A stretch of DNA of 64,000 nt. It comes from Fimicolochytrium jonesii. Taxonomy: Eukaryota. The stretch spans positions 434,001 to 498,000 of the forward strand of contig NW_026515673.1 in assembly GCF_025526975.1 (NCBI RefSeq). The letters are read 5' to 3'. The position numbers were made by a program, and so were the translations under genes. Positions within the stretch are counted from its first letter, which is position 1. Every line of letters begins with the position of its first letter. The notes beneath the pieces are model-generated. The model saw only the letters and a list, made by a program, of their open reading frames with translations, searched no databases and was not told the DNA's origin. Positions 1 to 10,400 of this stretch are shown here, one piece after another.

Positions 1-244
1 GGCCTTATTCATGGTTTCGCGGGCAGCGAGAGTGGTTGCTTCACAAACGGACATGGTTTGTTGAACGATGGAGATAAGTTGTTCCTGCGTCATTTCGGGG
101 GCGGCCGACTGTCCAAGGATGGAGAGTACGGCGGCTTGCTCTTTGAAAGCCCGTACATGGTGATGGACGATGGGAGCGTGTTTCGCCTTTGCTTTCTTGA
201 ATGCGTCCTTCTCGGCGGCCGAGCAATGTGTGAGGAAGACATTG

Positions 245-1935
245 TCAGTCGACGTGCCGGCATTCATGCCGGCGTTCTGCCGATGCTTTGATCCTGGGGA
301 CCATAAATCCACCACCATCTTTGCTGGTTTCTCCAGCTTTTGTGATCTCCGTACTTTCATCGCACAACGCAGGTCTTCTTTCGTCCGCCCCCATGTGTAT
401 CTTCGTTCTGATCTCCAGGCCGGGTTTTGTCAGTAACTCCATACTTCGTGTGCTCCTTCTCCCAATCTCCCCTGTGTCAAAAACGTGGGTGGACCACTGG
501 CGTCCTGCAACATCCTGGATTTTGGGAGGTTCCGGAAAGATGAGTTCCGAACCGTTCGACTTGTCGTAGTCTTCGACTCGGATGTACGGAAGGGCCCCCT
601 GCTTTGCTAGGATGCAGCGATGGAAGTTGAGATGCCTAGTACACCGCGACACATCTCGAACTGGTCTCACCCAGTGCTTGTCCCCTCCAGGCGCTGGCTT
701 GGAGCAAAGCCTGCATCCACTCCATCTTGAGCTTCTCGTTCTCCACAATGAACATGAAAGACAATCCTGCCGACATTGGAACGCTTTCCGATCCCCTGGT
801 GGTCGTGATGGAGCTTCGGGGTTTCCGCTCGCTCAACTCGATTGGCAGGTAGAGTTGAAACACAATGCTATTTTGGGACATCACCCGGAATGGCCTCGGC
901 TCGATAGTGCACTCCGCGAGATCGAGGATGACGGTAGCATACTTCGCATTTGGTCGCTTGAGGACATAGAGCTGGTCGTCCTGCAGATGAAAAGGCAAAT
1001 ACAATACTGAGATGGCCATCCTCTATATCTACTTCGACCGGAGACTTCACTCACCTTGATGCAGAGCCAGCGGCGCTTGGGTTTCCCTACTCTCCCTCGT
1101 CCTCGGAACTCCCAATCTCGAGAGCATATCGTGACGTAGCCTGCGAAGGCTTGTCCAGCTTTCACATTGGCCGAAACTGGGTATCTTACTTTCCGCTTGA
1201 GCTACAAATCACGACGATGGGCACGATGTCAGAATGGGAAGAGCTATACAAATAGAACCCACGGAAGGCATCAATGCCGTACGCGTAAAAGGAGATCAGA
1301 GTACTCACCCCGGCCCACTTTGTTTTTGGCAGCAAGCCGTTGGGCAGGCTCTCATCTGACGTCTGCTCATCCTTTCGTAACTCCAGATGGCTTTCTCTCC
1401 CTTGATGTCGAAGGAGAATCCCTGCGCTGGAGATACTCGCAGCTGATGTGCAGGGAAAGAGTGGCAGTAGAGGGCCATCTGGTAAGTTGCTGTAGTCCGC
1501 CGGGAGCCTGAAGAAGCTGGTCGTGCTTTTGGCCTCCGGTGGCGCATCGAGCCTACTACATCTAGATCTGCCACTTGCGGTGGAGTCGATGGACGTCCAA
1601 CTTGCCGTGCGTCCTCCAACGGGCGCTGAAGTCGGGCGTTTCACCCCAACCCCCTCATCGGTCGGTTCCGTCCACTTTTTCGAGAGTGGATTCCGTCCCT
1701 TTCCTGCACTTTGCGGCCGGGTGCGCTGATCGATATCTGCATTTACGGCCATTGGGTTTGCGTGATATGAGGCGCTCGCGGCAGAGTCTTGCCGGAAAGT
1801 GCTTGAGACGCTGCTTGACGCGCTGCTTTCGGCATTGATGGAGCTCTGAGCCGATGCTGCAACGAACGGCATCTTTTCGTGGTGTTGATCGTGCCTACGT
1901 GTGGAAAACGCTTTCATGGGGAAGTGCAGGTTCAT
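245..1935 (-). CDS. PH-domain-containing protein (multi-exon, low-complexity N-terminus)
   Basis: Spliced reading gives AGYVTICSRDW..KPKRRWLCIK | DDQLYVLKRPNAKYATVILDLAECTIEP..FMFIVENEKLKMEWMQALLQAS, a typical PH fold pattern. GT-AG introns at about 1308-1203, 1054-981 and 670-608. Start codon uncertain. Confidence 0.6.
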
Positions 1936-2370
1936 CTAGAATACATATGCTCGCTCTTCCGAGGCTTTTTCTTGTGAGCGAGCCCTTGAATCGCAGCATG
2001 GACGTCAAAAATGCGTCAATCCGACCTTTGTCTCTGTGTTCGCAAAATTCGACAGCGCGTCTCATGGGTGAGTGGATTTGAATGTGCATTATCCTCATTC
2101 TTTACTGTCCGCGACGTCCGTGTCCCCCACGTGACCGCATATTCCCTCTGATTCCTTCGTACCTTCCTACCCAGGGTGGTGTAAAAGCAAGCAAATCGAA
2201 ATCGTATGTGACCGTGTATCACAAAAAAGCCATGGCTTTCTGACAGACAGCCTTGGCTTTTTGACCGTTGACCTTCGAGGCTGCAAATCTGGCTGCAAAT
2301 GCACGACATGCCTGAACTTGGAAGGACATGTGGGCACAAACAGTGCAAGCTGGTAAGGCTGCGTCCCCCC

Positions 2371-2374
<4 letters not shown>

Positions 2375-2405
<31 letters not shown>
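2375..2405. repeat. (CA)n microsatellite
   Basis: About 15 perfect CA units. Confidence 0.95.
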
Positions 2406-2409
<4 letters not shown>

Positions 2410-2469
2410 CTCTTCTCACAGATAAGACTTCCTGCCACCGAGATTGCAATTGCGACGGATGTAATTGCA

Positions 2470-2847
2470 ATGGCCAATGGGGCCACCGACAGCGACAGTA
2501 ACAGCGACAATGTTGCCTGCATTGGGACCGGGGGGGACGGCAAAAAACCGAACGAAACAAGGGAGATGGTAGCAAAGAGGGTTCTGTTGGGGGGGTGGCT
2601 CTGGTGCGAGGGGAAGGGTGGCGTATGCGAACATGGGGGATGGTTCCACCGACTCTGCTGTATGAGCGCTGTTATCGAGAACCCTTGCTGGTGGTGTGAG
2701 GACTGTCGCCCCACCCGATATCACCGAAGAAGGATTTGGAAGGAATTAGAGGGAGCGATTGCTGCAGCGAAGGCAGCGAAGGGGGGCAATGCAGAGAATG
2801 CAAAAGGCCGAAAAGTGATTCTCCACATCATTGGATTGTCGCCAGCG
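2470..2847 (+). pseudogene. PHD-finger-like ORF fragment truncated by an LTR
   Basis: WLWCEGKGGVCEHGGWFHRLCC..PCWWCEDC matches the C-terminal part of a PHD finger (C..C..WFH..C..W.C..C). The reading frame runs into the LTR at 2848. Confidence 0.4.
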
Positions 2848-3016
2848 TGTTGTGGAACTCGTTACTTTTATTCCCCTTCACACACACACCACTCGCTTTA
2901 TAGACATTCGATCGGACGGTCTGCACACAACCACACCAGCTATTCTATCCCGAGAAGGAAAAAGGGGGTACGGTACTATAAAGGGAAGCTGTGGCTAAAA
3001 CAGGTTGTTTACAACA
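2848..3016 (-). mobile_element. 3' LTR of a Ty1/Copia element
   Basis: Bounded by TGTTGT (2848-2853) and ACAACA (3011-3016). On the minus strand it is preceded by the polypurine tract GAGAGGGAG (3025-3017) and contains CTATAAAG and AATAAA. Confidence 0.75.
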
Positions 3017-3184
3017 CTCCCTCTCAGACTGCAGATCGAATTCAGTTGCCGTCGAAGTCGCAGTCGCCATTGCTCCGCATCCTGATCTCATTGAACGCTC
3101 CGCTCTCAACTTCCGCGATCGCTTGAGTCCAGCGAGGAATAGTCGCCGGACTCGTGATTCGCTTTTCAAGTCACCTTCACGATT

Positions 3185-3292
3185 GCTTGAGGTGTAGCCT
3201 GGATATGGGCACTCGCATTCGTTCTTTCGACTTCCCGATCGCTTGAGGTGTAGCCTGGATATGGGCACTCGCATTCGTTCTCTTGACTTCCG
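3185..3292. repeat. 56-bp tandem duplication in the Copia 3' untranslated region
   Basis: GCTTGAGGTGTAGCCTGGATATGGGCACTCGCATTCGTTCT occurs twice with a 56-nt period and no unique spacer. Confidence 0.9.
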
Positions 3293-3445
3293 CCATCGCC
3301 TCGCCGTCATAGTCGTGGATGCCTCGGTAGAAACCTCTCCCAGTCGTAAAAACCTCCGTGAGGAAAAAATAGATCCTGGGACTAGGAAAAGAGCGCATTC
3401 ATATCAGGCAATATTGGCAGTTCGGCGTACTCGTCGTCGGCAACC

Positions 3446-4095
3446 CTAAGCAACATCGGCTGTTCGGCGCAATCCTAGAGCGTGAACAAACTTCCAGTGT
3501 TTGTTTTCATCTAGGGATTTGGTAAATATATCCGCAACGTTCGTTGTATATCCAGCGTCGTTGCGTCGGTTCTTTCGTCGAGCGGGCGAGACAGTGTACA
3601 GCAAAGGATATATCTGCGCGCGTGCAGTTGGCCAGGTACATCAACGCTCCTATGGCTGCGGCGTACAGTGTATCCACATCTAGGACAGCCTCATCGTCTT
3701 CTTTTGGTCGATATATGTCTTTGTTGCATGTTGTACTTCTGTTGTACTTCGTAGCTGATGAGGAATCGGAAAGCGATTGCGTCCATCACCGGTGAGTATG
3801 TATCCTCGTAGTCGATACCGTACGTCTGCGTGAACCCTTGCGCTACCAGGCGGGCTTTATAGCGGGATACTGAGCCGTCTGCATTTCTTTTTCGCACTAG
3901 AACAAATCTGTGACCGACGGGAACAACATCAGAAGGACATTCTTCAACTTTGTCAAATACCTCTCTCTTTTGCAAAGAATTCAGCTCTTCATCAATAGCT
4001 TGTTTCCATCTTGGCCAGTCCGGGCGTTTCATCGCTTCTTTGACGCTCCTAGGATCTGGGTCATCCGGCGCTGTGGCCAGCAGACACGCGGATGC
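3446..4095 (-). mobile_element. Ty1/Copia pol remnant (RT N-terminus, RT C-terminus and RNase H end) with two internal deletions
   Basis: DPRSVKEAMKRPDWPRWKQAIDEELNSL..RYKARLVAQGFTQTYGIDYEDTYSPV (RVT_2), then in shifted frames YAAAIGALMYLANCTRADISFAVHCLAR..PTQRRW and NVADIFTKSL..LGLRR*. The YVDD catalytic core, gag, integrase and 5' LTR are absent. Confidence 0.9.
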
Positions 4096-4227
4096 GATAC
4101 CCCACATCCTTTACACGCGTGTAAAAAACGCGGGGATCCCCACTCTACTCCTTCAACCCCATAACACAGCCATCACGGCAATCACCTGCATACACCTCAT
4201 CTCTAGCAGACACGCAAAAGGCACAGC

Positions 4228-7200
4228 ATGTCATCACACCAGGCGCTCCAGGGGTACCTGTGGTGTGGCATCTTTACTGGAGCAACCACACCACGGCGGA
4301 AGAGGAGGAAGGTTGCTCCAGTTACCCCACGGTTGCCCATACGTCTGCCACCCGCCGTGCAGACGCCATTGCAGCCCCCGCGCCCTCGATTCGAGTTCCC
4401 ACCATCTGTCCAGCGCCACTTGCCCGAAGCCATTGCAGACATGGTCAGCGAGAGTTCCGGCGATGACGACGGGCAGCACCAACAGCGAGGGCTTTCACCT
4501 GTGGAAAGGGGTCTGCAGCGTCCGTTGAACCTCCCCGCTCCTATCCCTTTCCCTTTTCCCAGCACACCGGGTAGATCCCTGGTGCTTGAACCCCCGCCTC
4601 CACCCCCGCCTCCACCCTCGCCTCCACCCCCTGCGCAACGACCCCGCCCGCAGACGCATGCCAGCACGAAGGTTTCCCTTCACAGAATCCATAATCACAA
4701 TCAAGTGCAAAGGGAGCGCCTGACAACCTTCCTCGGCAATGTTCACGTCCTTGCGCGCCACACCACGTTCTTTCTCAAGTACTACCTTGGTGAGTTTGTG
4801 AGGTACACTGTATATTTCCCATGAAACAATGTCCTGACTACTACGTCTGCCCACCGCAGCTGATCATCCTCTACGCGATTTCCTGGACATCACCAACAAG
4901 CACATTAGTGTGATATTTGAGCTGCTAAACAACCCCGGCTACAATGGCAGTCTGACCATCGCGCAAGAGTTGCGTCCATGGGTTCAAGAGTACTGTAATG
5001 TTCACGGATTCGCCCCAATCCACATGCAAGATTGCCAACAGACGGCGGCATACACAGCTCAGAGCATCTTCACCAACCTCAAAGTCAACGTACAGGAGCA
5101 TTTTCTGCAAATGCTTCTGCGCTACATCAATGAACGGCTTGGTTTGAAGCAAATTGTACTGCATCTCCGGAGAGCGCAGCGGCGACATTATTATCGTCGT
5201 GTCCGCCAATTCACAAAGTATGCGACATTTGAAGAGTACCCAACCGAAGAGGAGTTTGCCGGCCTCACACGACTTGAGCGGACTCTCCTCGACAAGTTAT
5301 GGGCTCTGTTTCCTCCCCAGGATGAACCACTTGCATACAGCCTTGCGGTGGACGCAATGCCATATTTAGGTGAGTTGCATCCTGTATATTCACACTCCCC
5401 CCTTCCCCCCCCCCCCCCCCCCCCCCCCAGCGCCTCGCTTGGTACGCCGACCTGGCCGAGTGGTTGCCTGCCGGGACCCCGGTCGACGTGGTGCGCGATG
5501 CGCTCTTGCCGATGGGCGCCTGCACGCTTGGCTCCTGCGCGCCCCGCCCCCCCCCCCCCCGCCCCTCCTCCCCCGCTTTGACGACGCCCCCACTGCGCGC
5601 ACAGCGGGCCCGGGGCGTGGCCGATGCTCTTGCCCACCGCCACGGCATCAACGTAACCATCGCCTACGATGTGTTCCCTGCTCGTCGAACATACCCCCCC
5701 CCCTTCGCTCCCCCCCCTTGGCTTCCTCTTTTGTCTGGTCATGGTCCACACCTGCCTCACCACAGGTGCCTATTGTGAGCTCTCACGCCTCTATGAGCGC
5801 CGTGGAATGCGGCTGTTTTCCGCTATCCCGCTGCGCAAATCTTGAATCCAGTCATCTGTTCGGATCGACACATTGATCCTAGGCCGTCATATCTTGGGCT
5901 TGAGCCAAAGTTGCATGGGGAAGTTCACTGATGAACGCAAGCGGGAGCTGTGGGGGCAGTTTCTCAATGTGAATGTAAGTTAAGTCTGTACCCTTCTGCG
6001 CTTATTTCAATTGCCCTGCTGAACGACGGGTTATAGGACAAGGTCTTCAAACATCGAAAGAAGCTTGGTCTCAAGTTCGATGGGTCAATTAGCACCAACG
6101 GGTATTCCGTTACCATCCACTTCAAGAAGCCAGGGCTCAAGCTCGGGTATCGGGCCCGGAAGCGCAGCAAGGCCCAAATGCAGGAAGAAGTCCAGCAGCT
6201 GTATTTTGAGCACCACATTGACGAATTAAGGGAGGCTCCAAACATCGTCTGCATTGATCCGGGCAAGCGTGACCTCCTGTTCCGTCGAGACATCGAGAAG
6301 GAGCGCCCATTTCGGTACGTTTTATTTCATTACTGCTTTTGACATTCTGTTGCATCATCCTCACAATGCACCATCCCATACCATACCAGATACACATCCA
6401 ATCAACGGGCGGTCGAGACAAAGTCGCGGTACTTTCAAAGAGACATGAGAGAGCGAAAGATCAATGCCGGCATCGCCGAGATGGAATCACATATTCCGTC
6501 GCACAAGAGCATGAAGATCGAGGCGTTCTCAGCGTTCATTGTGGATCACATACATGCAGGTATGATGTATTATGCATTGTCTTCAAATTCCATAATACAT
6601 GGGCTGACATCCATCCATATCCAGATCCCGCCCTAGATGAGTTTTACCGGGATGATATTCACGTCGCTTGCAGATTCAAGGCTTTCTCACTGCGGCAAAA
6701 GTCTGAGAGCAAGCTCATTAAGAACATGCGACGCCGGTATGGAAAGCATTTTTCGGTCGTCTTGGGTGATTGGAGCGATGCTGGGAAAACAACGCGCTTT
6801 CAGGAGTCATCAAAGACCAAGGGGTGAGTGACCATGATTGGTGGTATCTACTATGTATTCTATTATTCTAACTCATCATGGAAATTAGATTCCACACACT
6901 CTTTGCGAGAAACGGCATTCCATGCTACTTGCTGGATGAGTATCGAACGTCGTCCGTGTGCCCCAACTGCCACGGCCGTGTGAAGAAAAACATCCGACGC
7001 CGGCTGTCATCTCGGCCGTGGCAAGCTAGAAAGGGAAGAATGGAATTCGTCCATGGATTGGTGGGTTGCCCCAACCCCGAATGTATCAACCAAGACTGGA
7101 GGCCATTTGAGATTCCTGGAAGACGACCACTACGACTACGGATGAAAGTGCACAATCGGGACGTCCTAAGTACCAAGAATTTCCTCTCGATTGTGCGTTC

Positions 7201-7249
7201 GGTGGTGCTTGGCAATGGCAGACCAGACACATTCTCCCGTAACCAGTAG
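4228..7249 (+). pseudogene. Fanzor (Fanzor1-like, TnpB-derived RNA-guided endonuclease), 7 exons, about 762 codons, one in-frame TGA
   Basis: Exons 4228-4789, 4860-5369, 5766-5974, 6037-6314, 6390-6559, 6625-6823 and 6889-7249 join in frame at GT-AG sites (2289 nt). Motifs: FSAIPLRKS*IQSSVRIDT, FDGSISTNGYSVTIHF, RuvC-I CIDPGKRDLL (D at 6256), RYTSNQRAVET, VVLGDWS, RuvC-II LLDEYRTSSVCPNC (E at 6938), CPNPEC, RuvC-III HNRDVLSTKNF (D at 7160). TGA at 5843-5845. Confidence 0.9.
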
Positions 7250-7335
7250 TCTAGAATTTTCCGTGGTGGTTATCTGCCATCCACATCATTGTACCTCTGC
7301 CGGAGGCATCGCCGATGATGGCAACTTGTAAAAGT
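7250..7335 (+). ncRNA. Candidate Fanzor omega-RNA scaffold
   Basis: Lies immediately 3' of the Fanzor stop. Hairpin GTGG-TGGT/loop TATCT/GCCA-T-CCAC, then stem CATCATTG..CGATGATG enclosing CCTC-TGCCG-GAGG. The TGCC loop can pair with GGCA at 7320-7323 (pseudoknot). Ends are not defined. Confidence 0.6.
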
Positions 7336-7491
7336 GTGATTGGATTGGGCGTGACAGCAAATGTAGAAAGAAACGGAATTGATAGGAAGGTATCACTATA
7401 TAAACAAAATTGAGGGGTTGAAGGAACTGGATTCCCTCAAATCGGATGTGAATGAGTGCGTATGTGGTGCGGCTAGTTGCGGTGGTGTCGA

Positions 7492-10400
7492 TCATGAAGC
7501 TAGTCCAGACGTTCTCACGGATGAATTTGGTCGAGAATTACCGTCCGTGCCGCTTCCTAGCCGTTTCAGTAATAACGCGGGTGAGTTCGACCGCTCGGTT
7601 GCCGGTGATTGCTGGATGTCTTCGAGGCCGGACGAACTCCGTGGTATCGGTGTTATCGACGGCAGAGCGACTCGTAGCTTCTGCGCGGCCGCTACTGGTT
7701 CGGTGGGTAGAGATATCTGCCCAAAAGAGCGACGGTGTATCGACAGCCGAGGGCTGTCAGTCGCATATGACTTGTCAAAGTTTGGTGGCGGTAAAGGCTC
7801 GATCCAACTCTTAATACTGCCGCCCGAGGATGATTTCGGGATTTTCTTCCCCACCACTGGGTTTCCCCGATCGGGTGACCCTCGGCCTGCAGACCCCGCT
7901 CTAGCGCTCAAAAGCACATGCGGGCTGCTCATACGGCGGCCCACATCTCCCGGCCGCCGCGGCGAGTCCACCGTCACCCGTGGAAATGGTTCCGGACTGT
8001 CTTCTTCCGATATTGAGTGTGTTGAAGGCGGTTGCGCGCCAAAGGGCGGCGTCGATGGCGCAGCGATCTGAAAATCCTCGCGTTCCTCATCTGGCGGTGG
8101 ATGGAAAACGGGAACGGCGTCCGGTTTGTCTAATATCGACTCCCAATGGGATCGATTCTGCACAATCATGTCCATGCATTGACGCGAGAAACTCGTTGGA
8201 ATGCATTGTACCCAGGAGTCGAAGAGCGGGACTACCAGGACGTCGATGAACCCTATTTGACATTTGGGAATGTGCGTGTCGTACCGATCCATGAACTTCG
8301 ACACTGGCATGCCAAGCTTCCTTTCCCTGTCGCCCTGTGGATTGACGGGATCAGCACGAGGCCAGACCTTCGCTGCTACATTTTCCTGAAATTGCGTCGG
8401 CTCCGCTTACCTGGAGGAAAAACTCCTGCATGACTGAAAAGGCCCACTTGCGGGATTGCTCCAGTGGCTTGGCGGAGTTATTCAGGTCCGCGCACTTGAT
8501 GGCACACTCCAAGATGAGAGATCGATCCGACGGCTCCTCCCAGTTTAGCGCAGATGCCGCGATCTTTCCCTTCAACTTGTTAATGTAGTGGAAGTGCTGA
8601 GACATATCTAATTGTGCGAACAGGGTGAGATCGTGCAATGCTCAAGTGTTGCACAAAACCAAATTACCTGTCGCTGCCACCATACTGATGATCAGCTTTC
8701 GAGCTTCTCTATATTGCTCGTTTGACAGCCCAACAAACACATTGGTTTCTGGCCGCCGAGCAATCTCAAAGGCTTTCGCTGAGTGATGGAATTCGAGAAC
8801 AGACATGTCGTTATAAAATATCGCTAATGGGTGCGATGACTGTACAAGGAAGTTGTTGTTCAACCCCTGCCAAACCGACTAGCAGATTAGCACGCGGACT
8901 CCAGGAGGATTAGCCCACACATTCAGTCCACATATCGTGTTTTGCTCACCGGGTGATCTACATCATGAACGGCACTGGCTATACACGCCGCAAACACCTC
9001 CAGTTTGGTGAAGTTCGCGGCCATTTTTGGGTCGCTTAACAGTAGCATGTTGGAAGTTTGGAGAACGTCTGCTCCATGGGAGCTATTGTGATACGGTAAT
9101 GGATGGTACGAAGCCTCAATCTCCTGAAAGAACGCGCGGAGCTTCATCTCGTCCAGCGAGAAGTGCTGCACCAACCCCCAGTGGTGCAAGAGATGCACCC
9201 CTAGGAAGTATAAAGGGCGCCCATTGGTCGCTTCCGCAAGATCGTGGATGTTGAAATCAGCCGTTGTCGATTTTTTCAACAGCTCATTGACCCGGTCCAT
9301 ATTCATGGAGACTATCTCGGCCGCTGGTCGTGGAGTTGGCGCGCCGTCGGCTTTTATGGCGTGCTTCACCAATTCAAACTCATTCTTCGCAGCGAACATG
9401 TCCTCTTTGGCGTCGTTACCTCGACTCCGTCGCTGCTCTTTCTGCAAGAGAGAGTTTTCGATCCAGTTTTTTGTATCGGAATCGAGGCCTTTTCCCGTCT
9501 CGTCGTTGATCTCGTCGATATTCGAAGAGAAGAAGTCGGTTGAAGTCAGAGCTTTCATGATAAAATCGATCTGCTTTATGCCTGGGTCGCCCGGTGGCAG
9601 TCGGAACTTGAAGCTCTGCAACATATCGATCGTCTTCTTGATGGGTCCATCGAGATTATACCGTGGCGCTGCTTTTGAGCTGGAATCTTTTAGCGCTGCG
9701 GTGAGCTCGTTGTTCGTTTTCGCCAGTTTAGCGTTCTCGATCGACATTGAAGCAGCACTCATCAATGACTGTATGAGTTCAAGCCGGTCGCCGGTGAATG
9801 CGCCGGGCTGCAGATCATTCTCCAGGTACACTACCCCGGTCACGGCATTCTGATGCATGATGGGACAGCATAGAATGGACTTCGTTCCGCGCTCGGCAAT
9901 GTATGGATCCTTCCCGTACGTTTCATCGTGACTGGCGTCCGCTAACACGATCGGCTCCCTCGTTCGATAGACGTAATATACAACCGACAGCGGAACTCCT
10001 TCATCGCTAGAGGCTTGCTCGACGGGTACATGCTGCAATACCCGTTGAACTTCTTCGCCTTCATTAACAATGCCGATGGCCTCAATCATCAGTTTGCCAT
10101 CTTGACGGAGGACCAGCAATCCTTTCTCTGCACCAGCATTTTCCATAACGAACTTGATAATTTTCGTTAGCAGGGTTTCCAAGCTTGTCTCGTTGGTTAT
10201 AGATTGAGTCACTTTCAGTACTGTCGTCAAGTCGAGATCGACGGTATTTGAGCCCGCTTGTTCCGTTCCTTGAGAGCGCGTGGTCAGACCCGGCATCTGG
10301 CTGTTGAACCGGCTACTCGGCATCGCCTTGGTCAACAGATATAGATCCACCACATCCGGATATTTCGTCTGTAGATGCCGGCATTTTCCTTCGCTGCCCC

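Larger units (their letters stand above)
4149..7425. repeat. 12-bp inverted repeat pair bracketing the Fanzor locus (possible TIR remnant)
   Basis: TCCTTCAACCCC (4149-4160) is the reverse complement of GGGGTTGAAGGA (7414-7425). Outer GGGGATCC (4132) and GGATTCCC (7429-7436) also nearly match. No TSD found. Confidence 0.35.

Noticed and set aside
2299..3126. 275-aa ORF as a single gene
   Set aside because: It is a chance fusion of a CA microsatellite, the PHD-like fragment and the antisense LTR.
3185..3292. CRISPR-like array
   Set aside because: Only two units, head-to-tail with no unique spacers, inside a retrotransposon 3' region of a eukaryote.
3754..3780. Hammerhead ribozyme core (CTGATGAG..GAAA)
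   Set aside because: No adequate stem II or flanking stems, and it is antisense to Copia RT coding sequence.
9400..9750. Histidine kinase HisKA domain after the GAF
   Set aside because: No H-box, ATP-binding N/G boxes or receiver domain; the sequence leads directly into the PDE.
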